From Pecten maximus (taxonomy: Eukaryota), in NCBI RefSeq assembly GCF_902652985.1, contig NC_047021.1:41106001-41170000 (forward strand): a stretch of 64,000 bases of DNA. Direction: 5' to 3'. This document shows, one piece after another, positions 19,156 to 32,000 of the stretch. A program made the translations under genes and the position numbers. Each line of letters opens with the position of its first letter. The first letter of the stretch is position 1. Below the pieces are notes generated by a model. It was not told where the DNA came from and made no database searches. It worked only from the letters and a program-made list of their open reading frames with translations.

Positions 19156-19496
19156 ACTTACATTATCTCTTACTTCAGTAGCCGTCCGCCATTTAGGTTG
19201 TTTTCATGACGTCTAGGTAACCATGCTATACCGAACTCTTCGTTACAACAAGTATATCGATTGGACGAAAGGATCCGTTCAGCCAATCAGCATCGACGTA
19301 CTATTCTTGTTTCGATTCACTTCGAAGTCTGGACCTACGAGTCCATAACAACAGGCTTCGACTGATGCAAAGTGATATATTTATATAATAAGTATACATC
19401 GTTGAAGAATAGGAACTATGTAGCAGCGATGCAGATGTAAACGCTTTTCAAACAGGAAAAAAAAATCGAACAGTGTACTATACCGAGAAGGTGAGT
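19156..19496. promoter_or_regulatory. Putative bidirectional promoter with non-coding first exons of IQUB (-) and DNAH12 (+)
   Basis: Minus-strand donor GTAAGT at 19161-19156 and plus-strand AAG|GTGAGT at 19491. Between them the sequence is CpG-rich relative to the window, with opposed CCAAT boxes (ATTGG 19260-19264, CCAAT 19283-19287), X-box-like GACGTCTAGGTAAC (19208-19221) and GAGTCCATAACAAC (19339-19352), and YY1-like CCGCCATTT (19186-19194). Both genes' ATG exons begin at splice acceptors, so each needs an upstream exon. Confidence 0.65.
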
Positions 19497-21006
19497 TTAA
19501 AGCTATTGTTTTGCTGTCATTACACCAACACCTGCATAGTTTACAAATGGCTGACCGGGAGACTGGACTAACGTTATTTTTAAAACTCATTTGTAATATA
19601 AATATTCTTCTTTATATTATTATCTATTACAATAATACAAATACGTATATATATATATGTCATAATGACCCTTCTGTTGAAACTTTATGTGGAACATCTA
19701 ATAAATTAAATAATATATAGTAAATAGCCTAGTGCAATGTAGTGGTGCAACAATATCATGATACATGAGGCCTTGTATAAAACGCAATATATGCATTAGT
19801 TCAGTACTGTACAGAGAGTTGCATGCATGTATATCTACTTAGCTCTATTAGAGTTTGGCTAGACCAGTTTGCATTTAGACATGTACCCCACACAAATTTC
19901 AAATTTAATCACAGTAGCATATTCTTAATTTCTTATATTCAAATGCTGGCTGTTATGTGAGTTTAACTGTATCAGATTTTCACTGTAAATTTGACTACAC
20001 AGCAGTTTCTTAAAAATTTTATCTTTGATGAAGTCATTAGATCTGTATTTGTAGAAAACTAGAAAAGGGTTTATAAAAGCCGCTGTTAATTTGTTAATTG
20101 TCTTAAAATAACATCTATTACCATAATTATTACATGCGAACATTTAAGCTAAGACTGATTGTTGGGTTGAACAGCAACACAAAATTGCAGCTGTTTTTTT
20201 TGGATGATGGTGACAGATAATGTAATATATTTAACAATCATTATGACATCAGCTATAACACCATAATATTGTGACACTATGATAATTACTTAAATTAGGC
20301 ATCACAACCTTATGACATCACACTATTGTACTGTAATAGTATTATGACATCACAGTTTCAGACAATTTTTACTATGACATCACAATTAGTTTTTTTAACT
20401 GTTAATTGCATATATCCTTCTTTTTCTAGTTAACTATTCACTAATGGAGACACAAAAATTAACTGAAATATGGCTAGGGTCTTTACTACTCATAAATTTG
20501 ATTAAATTAACATTAAAGATATGTTTATTCAATAATCCAATATATATTGATATATTATACAACTTACAGTACAACATTTAATTACTTGGAAATGGAAAAA
20601 CAAGTCGAGAGTATTTATTGATCAGTATATAGGCATGCATTCGTCTCCCACAAATTTTATTAAATAAAATTACAAATACATTTTATCATAAATACTTTCT
20701 GATACATCATAAGTTCTATCCTTATACTTGGTTCTCTTTATTACATTAATGGCATATATATATGTCAAACAGCAAAAATAGATAATTTCATAAATCTGAA
20801 GCCTGCTCGATCAACTAATGTTGTTTTTGATCATTTACTATAAACTTCATTACCCCATTCCTAGATTCCAAGATTATCCTTAGACTATATACATTTCCTA
20901 ACATTATTACTTATTAGAAACAGACTGTTCAAACTGATTCAGGCAGTAGACCAGGCCAGTTTTTGTTTTTTTGTTTTGTAAAATCTACACTTAAAATAAC
21001 TTATTT

Positions 21007-21240
21007 GGGTGGTCAGATGGCGCAATGGTGACATACTTGCCTTTCACCTAGGTGTCTGGGGTTTGATTCTCCGATCAGATGCTTTAGGTATGGGGTCACA
21101 TGCCCAACCACGAGGGTTTTCCGGGTACTCCGGTTTCCTCCCACAATAAGACCCCTCGCACGCTTCCATCCGGCTAACAAGGATGTTTATATAAGCTAAT
21201 ATAACTTGTTTCGCAATTATTGAAAAATGAAGTTTACTTT
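21007..21240 (+). mobile_element. tRNA-derived SINE with V-type core
   Basis: A-box-like tggcgcaatggt, B-box-like ggtttgattctcc and core GGGTTTTCCGGGTACTCCGGTTTCCTCCCAC; a degenerate copy lies at 32360-32565. Confidence 0.75.
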
Positions 21241-23060
21241 ATTTCATTTTTACCATTGAACAGTGAAATCATCTAGTTGATAAAAAATTCTAACATCACA
21301 GTGATGATAATAACTTTTATTTTGACCAATCAAAATGGTGCTTTATATTCCCCTGCATTGAAATCTGACAGTTTTTGGTTCAGATCCAAAAGAAGCAAAT
21401 GTTGAAAAAGTGTCCATTTTGCTACATGTTTCCGATATACATTGCAGTGTTTGATAACATACAAATACTGCAAAGCGTAAAGTCGTAAGGGTCATCGCAG
21501 ATTATGCTACTGATTCCGGCACCTTCCAGATGCATATCGGTAGATTTTTTTCTCTGTTTTTAGACTTTTTAAAAAAAAAATAAGAAAATTAAATGGTTTG
21601 CCATATTTTTCACTCATGCATATCAACTTATCACTATAAATTTTGCAATATTGATTTCATGATATATTGTTATATAAAATGAAACAATAAACAACTTGGG
21701 TTAAGTATAAAGAACAAAAAATTTACATCAGCTGATTATTTAAATGATTAAGTAGGTCGGTACATGTTGGCTCTTTGCCACATCTATACCCCATACCTGC
21801 CCAAATCTGGGGACGTGATCATATTGTCAAAAACAGCAGGACGATATGTTTCCCAAGTTCATTGATAGACTCTAACCATGCATAAGGTAGGCACTTTCTT
21901 GTTCGTTTTCGATATTTTTTAGATTTAAATTTTGAAGCCTATGTTTTGACCGAGAATTTTAGTTTTTTAATGGTAGAAGACTGGAATTACAATTGTGGTA
22001 TTTAGATTTTGGCACATGATGAATTCTATTACGTAGTTAGAATTGGCATAGAAAATGCTGGATTTTATCATGGTATGAACAGGCAAAAATGTTCCTGGCA
22101 AAGAAATGGTGAATTTTTCTGGTCTACATATAATATTATTTATATTTTACTGGTTAAGGTATTTCAAATTTTTCAAGAAATTTTAAGACTTATTTTTAAT
22201 TATTTATACAGTACATTGTATATCATTTGTTAATGATATTGAGGACAGAAAAGGACTTCATCAGACCATACTTAATGACCCCATATAATCAAAAATATTG
22301 TTCTTATATATGAAATATCCAGTTCAGACCCTAGCTGAGATATTCAGTTTCTTCACTGCTCTGTCAAAACGCTGAATACATTCTGTGCTGTATGAAGCTG
22401 AAAGATTGAAAAAGAAGAAAAAATGCTTGAATTCAGTAGCAATATTAGACTATGAATGTTGTTATGTAGAAAAAATATTTTGTATGCTTTAAAACCTAAT
22501 TTGCCTATGGAGGCATAACATTGGAAGATATGAATTTATTTACTTTGTATACAGTATGGTAAAATGAAATACATGTATATATATGAATGAGGGATTTGAT
22601 GAAAAACAAACAATATATATGTCAAGCACCTTTGAAAATAAAATAATAGTTGAATACAATATCTAGAAGAAGAAAATTATTAGACTACCCCATACAGCTG
22701 TGTTGTCCTTCTACGACTCAGCAATGATGTTTAACACATAAATTTTTGTTACTTAGGAGTTTCAAATCTGGAAGGGGTGGCCCAAAATTAAATAAATATC
22801 ATAATTTGCAATATTGACTTTCGAAAGAACATCTGAATTCATGAATTAAAGTGAAGCATGTAGGTTGCATCAAAGATTATGATTAATTTTCTTCCGTTGA
22901 TGTATTAAATATCAAATAGATGTAATGATCAATTTATCATTTATGTAGTACAAAAACAACACATATCATTGTAAGTTAAAACTTAAAGTATTTGCTAAAA
23001 TTTTATTATGTGCAGGTCAAAAAAAGTGGTATGTTGGTTAACTGATAATTTTTTTTTCAG

Positions 23061-26000
23061 ATGGCAACATTGAATGGGTTGCATACCACAAGAAATGGTA
23101 CCACCAATGGAAATGTGGACCATGAGGCTACAAATGGCAGTGGTAATCAAAAGCAACGGGGTAGAGCGCTCAGTGGTATCGGGCCTGATGGTTACCCCCG
23201 TCTACCACCAATCAAAAAACCACAACTGAAAATTGACGACCCCTATGCCAACAGCAAACTGATGACTTTCAGATTAGCCAATCACAAACAGGCATTGCTG
23301 ATGCAGATATTGTAAGTAATTTTTGCTGTGATTATTTCTTAATTTAATAAGAAGTAAAAAAAAATGTTGTTTTTTTTTCAATGAATATTTTTGTCCTGCA
23401 GTTGTTCAGAAAATATAAGTTTGTCGAATATAGTCACAGCTCTTCTCTTTTGTAGTATGTGTTAATTTAATATTGAATGCTTGTCAGAATTAATCCAAGA
23501 GATTGTACATGAAGCCATAGTTTCATCAACATTCTTTAACTTAAAAAAATGAATTCCCTATCTTGCCAAATTTTCCATAGGAAAGCAAAATGGGATTTGA
23601 AGAAAATTCTGTTACGCTTCCTATGGAATATTAAATAAACGAATTTCCTGAAGTTAAGATATGTTGATAAAACTTGGCTATTGTAGCAAAAGAAAAAAAG
23701 GGAAAAAAAGCGAAATGAAAAGAAAAGATAGGTAGATGTAGGCATGTTTTTTTATGCAGTGATGAATGGTAAAGGTATTGTATTTCTTCCCAGACATGAC
23801 GACGCTATCAAAGCTTATGAAGAAACCAAAGAGGTCAACGAGAAAGACACAGATAAAAAGGATGATCCCGATTTTCCTCAAGAGGTATGTGATCCCAACA
23901 TCATCAAAGATTAGGACTAATGTTTTATTTCTCTATTGCAGATTGAGAAACTGATATTGAAATAATATTGGTAACAACTTGTACATAAATACATGTATGA
24001 AGTTTAAACAGGAGACTGTAACCACAATTTTACCCTGAAATTAGATAGTATTGATGATGAAAAATATTTATTTTAGAACTATAAATTCATATTATCTTTT
24101 GCATGTTGGTTTTAAAACAGTTTTTCACACAAAAAAAAATTAATAAATAAAAAAGTTTTAAATTTCTTAAATTTTCCTATAAAACCCATATTGCAAAAAT
24201 TACCAGTAAATGCATAAAGATGTGCCAAGAGAAAAATGATTCTTTAAGATGATGAAATTCCTCCTTCTTGATAAATGTAAAAGAATATGAAATTCTATTA
24301 AATTGATATCATTGTCTAGTAAATTAATGTGTTTGATAAGTGTCCCATCAATTTTCTGAGGTTGTAATAGATCTATACAATTTTAACTTTGCATTATGAT
24401 GATAAAGAACATCTTGATACTGGTATTATTATTTGTTTGTTGAAATGTTTTGTCTAATATTTCTGCAGCTTGACCCGAGAGCGGTTAGTCTACACATGAT
24501 CACGCCGTTAAATGTTGTTTATATCATCAGTCTGTGATCATCATTTGTTTCAAAATTTTAAATGTCCAGTCACAATTCATTAGTTATAGAATTATACTCG
24601 TGTATGATCACAAATTTCACTTCCTGTTTAAAATGGCCAGTGATTTTCTTCCCGTATATTTAAATTAAGGTATTTAAAACTTAAAAATTTAGAGAGAAAT
24701 TGATTTTCACATTTTGGTTTATATTTAAAAAAAATTATATCAGTTTCATCATTTAGCAATTGATCAATAATATCAATTCAAAAACAAAACAAACAAAAAA
24801 ATCGTAATTTTATTGTGAATTGTTTTTTGTTGTGAAAAACAATTCACCGCTGGGATTTTCATAATGATATCTTTTATTTTCTTATGCTAATAATCAAATC
24901 TATTTATTAAGTTTAGAAGAAAAAAAAAGATAGAAAAACATGTGAATATTTTTCACTTATTTTTAAAAATAAACAAAAACACCCTTGATGAAAAACATGG
25001 GCCATGTTTATGATGTTTTTTATATAAATCTGAAATCTTTTGAGACACTGTACAAAGTCACACGCCATGCATGTATGTACCAGTATATTACATAATGTAT
25101 ATATATGTGAATCAGTGATGACAAATTTGCAACACAATCACAGACTTGAAGCCTTATCAGCTTAACTGGATGATATTGTTCATTAAATTCAAAAAAAAAA
25201 AAAAATTCTAACCTATTGAGAGTTTGAATTGTAAAGCTATAAAGGCTATACAAAACCAACTTTTTTTTCAGGGATTAATATTTTTTATCAACTGTGTGAA
25301 ACCCTTATTAGATATATAAAATATTCTATAAAAAAAATGTCCTAAATTTAAAACTTCAAACTCCTTCAACAGATGATGAGCAAAGAAAGGAGGATTCGGG
25401 TACGTTTTACCTTATATGGTCATATCTATCTAACTCGCTTTCTATACCTTATATGGTCATATCTCCCTCTCTAACCATACCTTATATAGTCATTAGCTCC
25501 CTCGCTTACCATACCTTATATGGTCGTTTCTCATTAACTCTGATGCTAACTGTACCTTATATGGTCAAGTCTCTTTAATAACCTTGATGCTAACTTTACC
25601 TTATATGGTCGTGTCTCGTTACCACTGGCGCTAACTTACAGTAACTTAATTGTCTCATAACTCTGACGCTAACAACACCTTTTTCTTCTATAGTAATCTA
25701 TCAGCTAACTGTTTGCTTTACTGAGTGCTAAAAAACAAATGTGCTAATTTAGCTAGTTTACTGACTAATCCTCTTTAATGCTAGTTTAGAATGCTCTTTT
25801 TAGTGTATTGTCTGAAGTTTTTTTCTGGTATTCTAAATTAAACAAATTGAATATTTATCAAAATTCGCTGAAACCTGTCAGGAGAAATTGTCTGTTTGAC
25901 ATTGGGTTTTCAAGAATTGTATATGAAAATATAAACAAAAGATTGAGATATCTCGAGCACAATATTCATAAAACTTATATTTTCATCTAGAAGCAGAACT

Positions 26001-29000
26001 TTACCCTTAAACTACACTGAATGGACATTGGTTCTTTGGGGATTTCCCTACTTTAATTTATATTTTCAGTGTTATTTCAAAATGGTATTTTAATTTGTAG
26101 TAACCATAGTGTACTGTTAATTTCCTTGAGTTGTTGGAAACTTTTGTGCTGGCTTCATACTATTTAGTACCTCTGTGTCCTGAAAAGGGGCCGCGATACC
26201 TCAGCTTGTTAGAATACTTGCCATGTAACCTCAGATGAAGATCCGAGGTGTGTGGTTCAACACTCCCTACCCATGTCGGTTGGTATTTCTTGGGAAGCTG
26301 AGAAACGGGACAGTCTGTGCTTTTTGTGGTTGTGACCTTGGGCAAGATAATTTACTCTTATTACTCTGGATAGCATGCGATGGGCCTCCTGTATGTTGTT
26401 CAGTGAGGTAGTCACCAACTACTACAAGGAGACCCCCGCCTCAAATGACCATGACTGCTCATAGGGCGATAAACCCCACAAACTTTATCCTAAAAACGTA
26501 GGATTCGAATTTCAATTTCAACGATTTCAATTCTTGGTTTTTCTAATCATCTGACACAGCTGTGTTTCAATTTTCGGACAATTAATAATCTTTAATAATA
26601 ACAACAGTTTTTATCACTTAAAATGATTTGATGTATTATACCATCACAACGTTTTGATATTCTGAGTCCAATCTTGTCATTTGGAAGTCTTTTTTTTAAA
26701 TTTTGATTTTGAGTTTTTATGGTGAATTAAAATAATTTGTCAATGTCCATAATTCAACTGGCTCAATTTCCTGCTTTCTGAAAAAAAAATCATCAGTGTC
26801 CATAGGACCTAGCTACCATTAGTATGTTTTAAGTATTCCGGGGGATATATTTGGAACCAGTTTTGTCATAGCTTCACCTTTCAGTTTTCCCAGGGCTTGG
26901 GATAGTTCAAATTTTTCCCGAAATTATGTGTTATCAACTTTTTTATTGGTCAGACAACACTAGTTAATTGATGTCAGACTGCAGAGTTTTTTCTCTCTGG
27001 TTTGGGATGGGGCCTTCTTGTCTCATTTTGGGAAGAAAATTGGCTAATTTTTTCAAGGTTGAACTGAAAATTTTGTGAATTCGGCTTAGATATAAAATAA
27101 GTTCAACTAGGAATGGGGCCCATTACAGCTGGAAAAAGCCCTCAGAAAAAACACTAGACTAATATATATATATATAAGATGGTGATAAAACATCGGAATA
27201 ATTTGGACTATGGTGGGGGAGGGTTAAAAATCTGGAAATCTATCAAAATCCCAAATCTAAAATCCAGTAGGAATTTTATTTTTTATGACTTAATATCTAT
27301 ATATATTTATGCTTTTGCTTATGAGTTATAGTAATTATATATTTAGACTACATATTGAAGGCTATTGATAAAGAAATTCTTATGTATAGTATGATGGAGT
27401 TTATAGTCACCACTGTTGTAACTAGTTGGACAGAATCCAATGTCTTCAGTTTTTGTCAATCTGCCAAATTAAGTCTCGGGCATTTAAACTGTAAAACACA
27501 TACCTTATATATAGTGTACCTGAAATATATAATGGAATGTTTGATTTAAAGTTCTGGACTAGTTCAAATGTATTTCATAGGGAACACAGGATATACAGAA
27601 ATTCTACAGTGTTTTTTCATGAATTAATCTGAGGGAAAAAATGGGTATTCCAAATGTATTCTCGAAGTTAGGATCGGGCATTCCAAATAAAAATATGGTT
27701 TTGGCATTTTGATGAATTATCTGGTAAAATTCAAGGTGTACCAGAAAGTTATAAATCTAGTACCTTACACAGCACACATGTACTCACAGCAAATGTTCTT
27801 TTTGTTTCTACCATGTCACAATGTTGTATGCCAAAAAAAAAATTTAAAAATTTGTCTCAATTTGGCTATTAGTGTTGTATAGTTACTGGTATATGTAGTT
27901 ATTGGTATATAGTAACTGGTATATATAGTTATTGGTATATAGTTACTGCTATATAGCTACTGGTATATAGTTACTGGTATATAGTTACTGGTAAATAGTT
28001 ACTGGTATATATAGTTACTGGTATATATAGTTACATGTATATAGTTACTAGTATATAGTTACTGGTATATAGTTACTGGTATATAGTTATTGGTATATAG
28101 TTACTGGTATATAGTTATTGGTATATATAGTTATTGGTAAATAGTTACTAGTATATAGTTACTGGTATATAGTTACTGGTATATATAGTTACTGGTATAT
28201 AGTTACTTATAGTTACTGGTATATAGTTACTGGTATATAGTTTTTGGTATATATAGTTATTGGTATATAGTTACTGGTATATAGTTACTGGTATATAGTT
28301 ACTGGTATATAGTTACTGGTATATATAGTTACTGGTATATTAGTTACTGGTATATATAGTTACTGGTATATATAGTTACTGGTATATAGTTATTGGTAAA
28401 TAGTTACTGGTATATATAGTTACTGGTATATATAGTTACTGGTATATAGTTACTGGTATATTGTTATTGGTAAATAGTTACTGGTATATATAGTTATTGG
28501 TATATAGTTACTGGTAAATAGTAACTGGTATATAGTTACTGGTATATATAGTTACTGGTATATAGTTACTGGTATATAGTTACTGGTATATATAGTTACT
28601 GGTTAATATTGTTTTAACTCATTTGTAACTTACTTGTGTCTTGATAAAGGGGCAGATTGCCTCAAAATTTGACAATTTACTTTGTCTATCTGTCGCTTTT
28701 TCTAAATGACCAATGATCTATTTCTAGTAATACACATCCGGTAAACTTCGGTTTGTTAGGATCCAGTACCTATATTGTTCTATAGTGTCATTATTACTTA
28801 CTTTACCCTATGATAAAATGATCTTGTTGATAAAAAAATGATTCTATACAATTGAAATAATTAAATCATCTTAATCAGTTAACCCAATCATCTATCTATG
28901 ATGTTTAGTTGAACTACCAGTACCTACGGAAGTGCGTGGAGGCGGGGCCAGTAACGCCGATGCAGCCGGAGTGGAACGCCCAGATCCTAAAAATGGTTCC

Positions 29001-32000
29001 GGAGCGACTTCAACAATCCGCGATGCTCAAAGAAGTCATCAAGGAACTTTTTGATGAGATCAAAGTTGATTTCAAGGCCAGCATGAAAAAATCCATGGGT
29101 AAATATGCACCTATTTTTAACATCTGCTAAATGTTCATCTATATTGGAAGATAATAAATATCTCATTTTGCTTACCATAATTCTTTCCTTTAAGATGTTT
29201 TCATAAAAAAATGGAAAAAAAGCAAATAACAAAAAAAAACCCAATAAAAACTCTAGTTTGAAACCCCCCAAAGAAGTGTGTTCATTCTTTTAACAACTTT
29301 TGTATGTCTCCATGTAGTTTCTTTAAAACCCCTAAAATATTATAGCCAATCTTTTTCTGATTGTCAGGTTGAAATTTTGTCCTGACTCTGATTTCTAGAT
29401 TAAAAAAAAAGTTTAATGAAACATCTATGTATGTGAGTTATGGCAAAAAGTCATGTCACTTACCAAACACAGGGTCAAGAACATACAGGAGGTCAAAGGT
29501 CAAATCATATTTATCCAATGAATTTTGCCTTACAATTGTTCAAATAAGCTCATAACGAGGTCCTATTGTCTATAAATATCTTTGCCTTGTCCTGAATTTG
29601 CAATTTTGTTCAAGAGATGAAAATAAAAACAGAGATATTTCTGATTTTACATAAGATCTCATGTTGATTTGAGTGGTCGAGAACCTGCGTCCTTCAGCAC
29701 TTTCTTTATCAAATATCTGTCTTATCAACAGTTCAACATGTACTGGTCAAGCCTGAGGTCAAGGGACTGGACAACGAGGAAGCTGGACCTCCACCACAGG
29801 AGCCAAGGTCAGTTACCAATCAAAAATAGAATTATAATTTCAATTTATTTATTCTCTCCAGACACTTGAGCCATGTGTAACATGAGGCCAATCAATAGTA
29901 TATATATATATATGATGGCATGACAGAGAAAATGACTACACGAGTTGTACATTGAATACATATCAAAATAATATTGATATTAGTAACATTCATACATGCT
30001 TGATACAAATCCGTTGCAATTGTGCTTAAAATTTCCCAAGTCTTTGGCAGCTTAAGAATCTTACCCCGAGGGTTGAGATTCCCCTGTCTCACTTCCATGG
30101 GGGTAAATGATTATTTTTCTCTTACCCTGTTTACCCTCTTATGTATCTAATATTAACGTTACATCAATGCAAGGAAATGTTGACGTGACGTGATTGAATT
30201 CTCGACGTGATGTCATTGTATTGCTGTGTGATGTCATAAAATTGTTGAGAACGTGCAAAGAGCATGTCTAGCTTGTCTCAACCCTTGGGTGAGACAAGAA
30301 AATTTCATACGGGTAAAATTGTTGACATCACTGTCCAGAGTAACAGAAAAATATAACTACATTTATCAATGTTTTCATTGACAGCGGACTAGATTTTTCT
30401 CGTCCTTGGCATGAAAATTTCATTCAGTCAAAAGAAGTGATTCTGGAAAATCTACATGTCCTGCATCCATCGATGCAGATCGTCCTAAACATGTGCCAGA
30501 CCACCCTCGGGAACCTCATCCTCGTGGACTGTTCCAGTATGAGGTAACATACAGATTTCTGAAACATTTTCACTTGATGATAATTTAAATCACCTCCCTT
30601 TAATTTGACTTACGTTCCTTTAAATGTTATTGATGATGGTATTTAGACATTTTATCTAATTCAGGAGTATTTCAGCTTTGCCGGACTGCAAGTTAAATAA
30701 CCTATCTAATTTAACAGAGAAAGTTTATCAAATGACACTTTATTTGATTTTTTTATTTTGTTCTTTCAAAAAGGGTATAAATGAATCAAGATAATATTAC
30801 CTCTATAAGTTGAACCTGAAAAAAAGGATTTTAGATTATTTTCTATCACAAAAAAGCTTTAGAATTTTTCTTTTGGGTTCACATCAAAATATTGACAGCT
30901 GAAAATTTACCGATATTCAATTAGTCCCTTAATATTTTCTCTTAGCTTGTCTTATAATTTAAATAAAATTAAAAAAGGCATTATTATTGTTTTAGTGTTA
31001 AAATGTTGTTGATCTCTTCACTTTCCAGAGCACGTGGAGCGATCGAGTTTGAATCAATGAAAAATAATATCCAACTTGACCTTGAGAAAATGGAGGACAA
31101 ACTAATGCACAGGTAATTCAGACCATGAGTAATAATATCATTGTTGATAGCTTAAGGCCAAGTAAACAAATATTTGTTTTACATGTAGCTAGACCAAAAA
31201 CTCTATATATTAATATTTTGTTTGTGCTGGTCGAAAATGCAAAAATACCCCCAAAAAAATTAAAAAAAAAAAAAAAAAAAAATAGCTATAAATCTTTTAA
31301 AGAGCTATTCAAAAAAGATAATTTTGTGACATACAAGGGTCTTTTTTTTGGCCTTTCATGAAACTAACCATGTTAACATTCAACAGCTGAAATATAATAT
31401 GTAAATCTTTTAAAAAGTTCTCCATATTGATTTTGTGATTTAATTTTCATAGCTGGTTTCCAACCATTATCAATGTGTTTGCGGACAAAGTAACATTCGT
31501 TCCTCCGAAGGCAGAAAAGACTGATTCCTTCTACAGTAGTGTGACGACTCTCATTTCCAACCAGGTACAAATTTTGGTTTAGTCTCTATATTATTCATTG
31601 TTTAAGCAGACATTTGGTTAATAATGCTGGAGAAAGGTCTGGTTTTCTGTGTAGATTCTTGATTATCTCAAGTTACAATTGTGGTACATTCACTAAAATA
31701 AGGTTTTGGCCTGTGGTCAGTCAATTTAATGATGTGTTCATTTGACTTCGCTCTGTTTTTCTGATACGAAAAAATATAACTCTTATAGAGTATTATTCCA
31801 CTAGGAGAAACTAGGTCATTGTGACCTATATTTCTCACTTCACTGACTTGGCTAAACTTTGAATATAGACATCTTTCCAGCAAAGCGGTACCCTCTGGAT
31901 ATGCTTAACTTTTTTCTTGTATTTTTTACTTCATTAATATATCTATATAATTCTTTTCAGCTGAAAAATCTACTGGCGCGTACCATTCATGCATTTGTCG

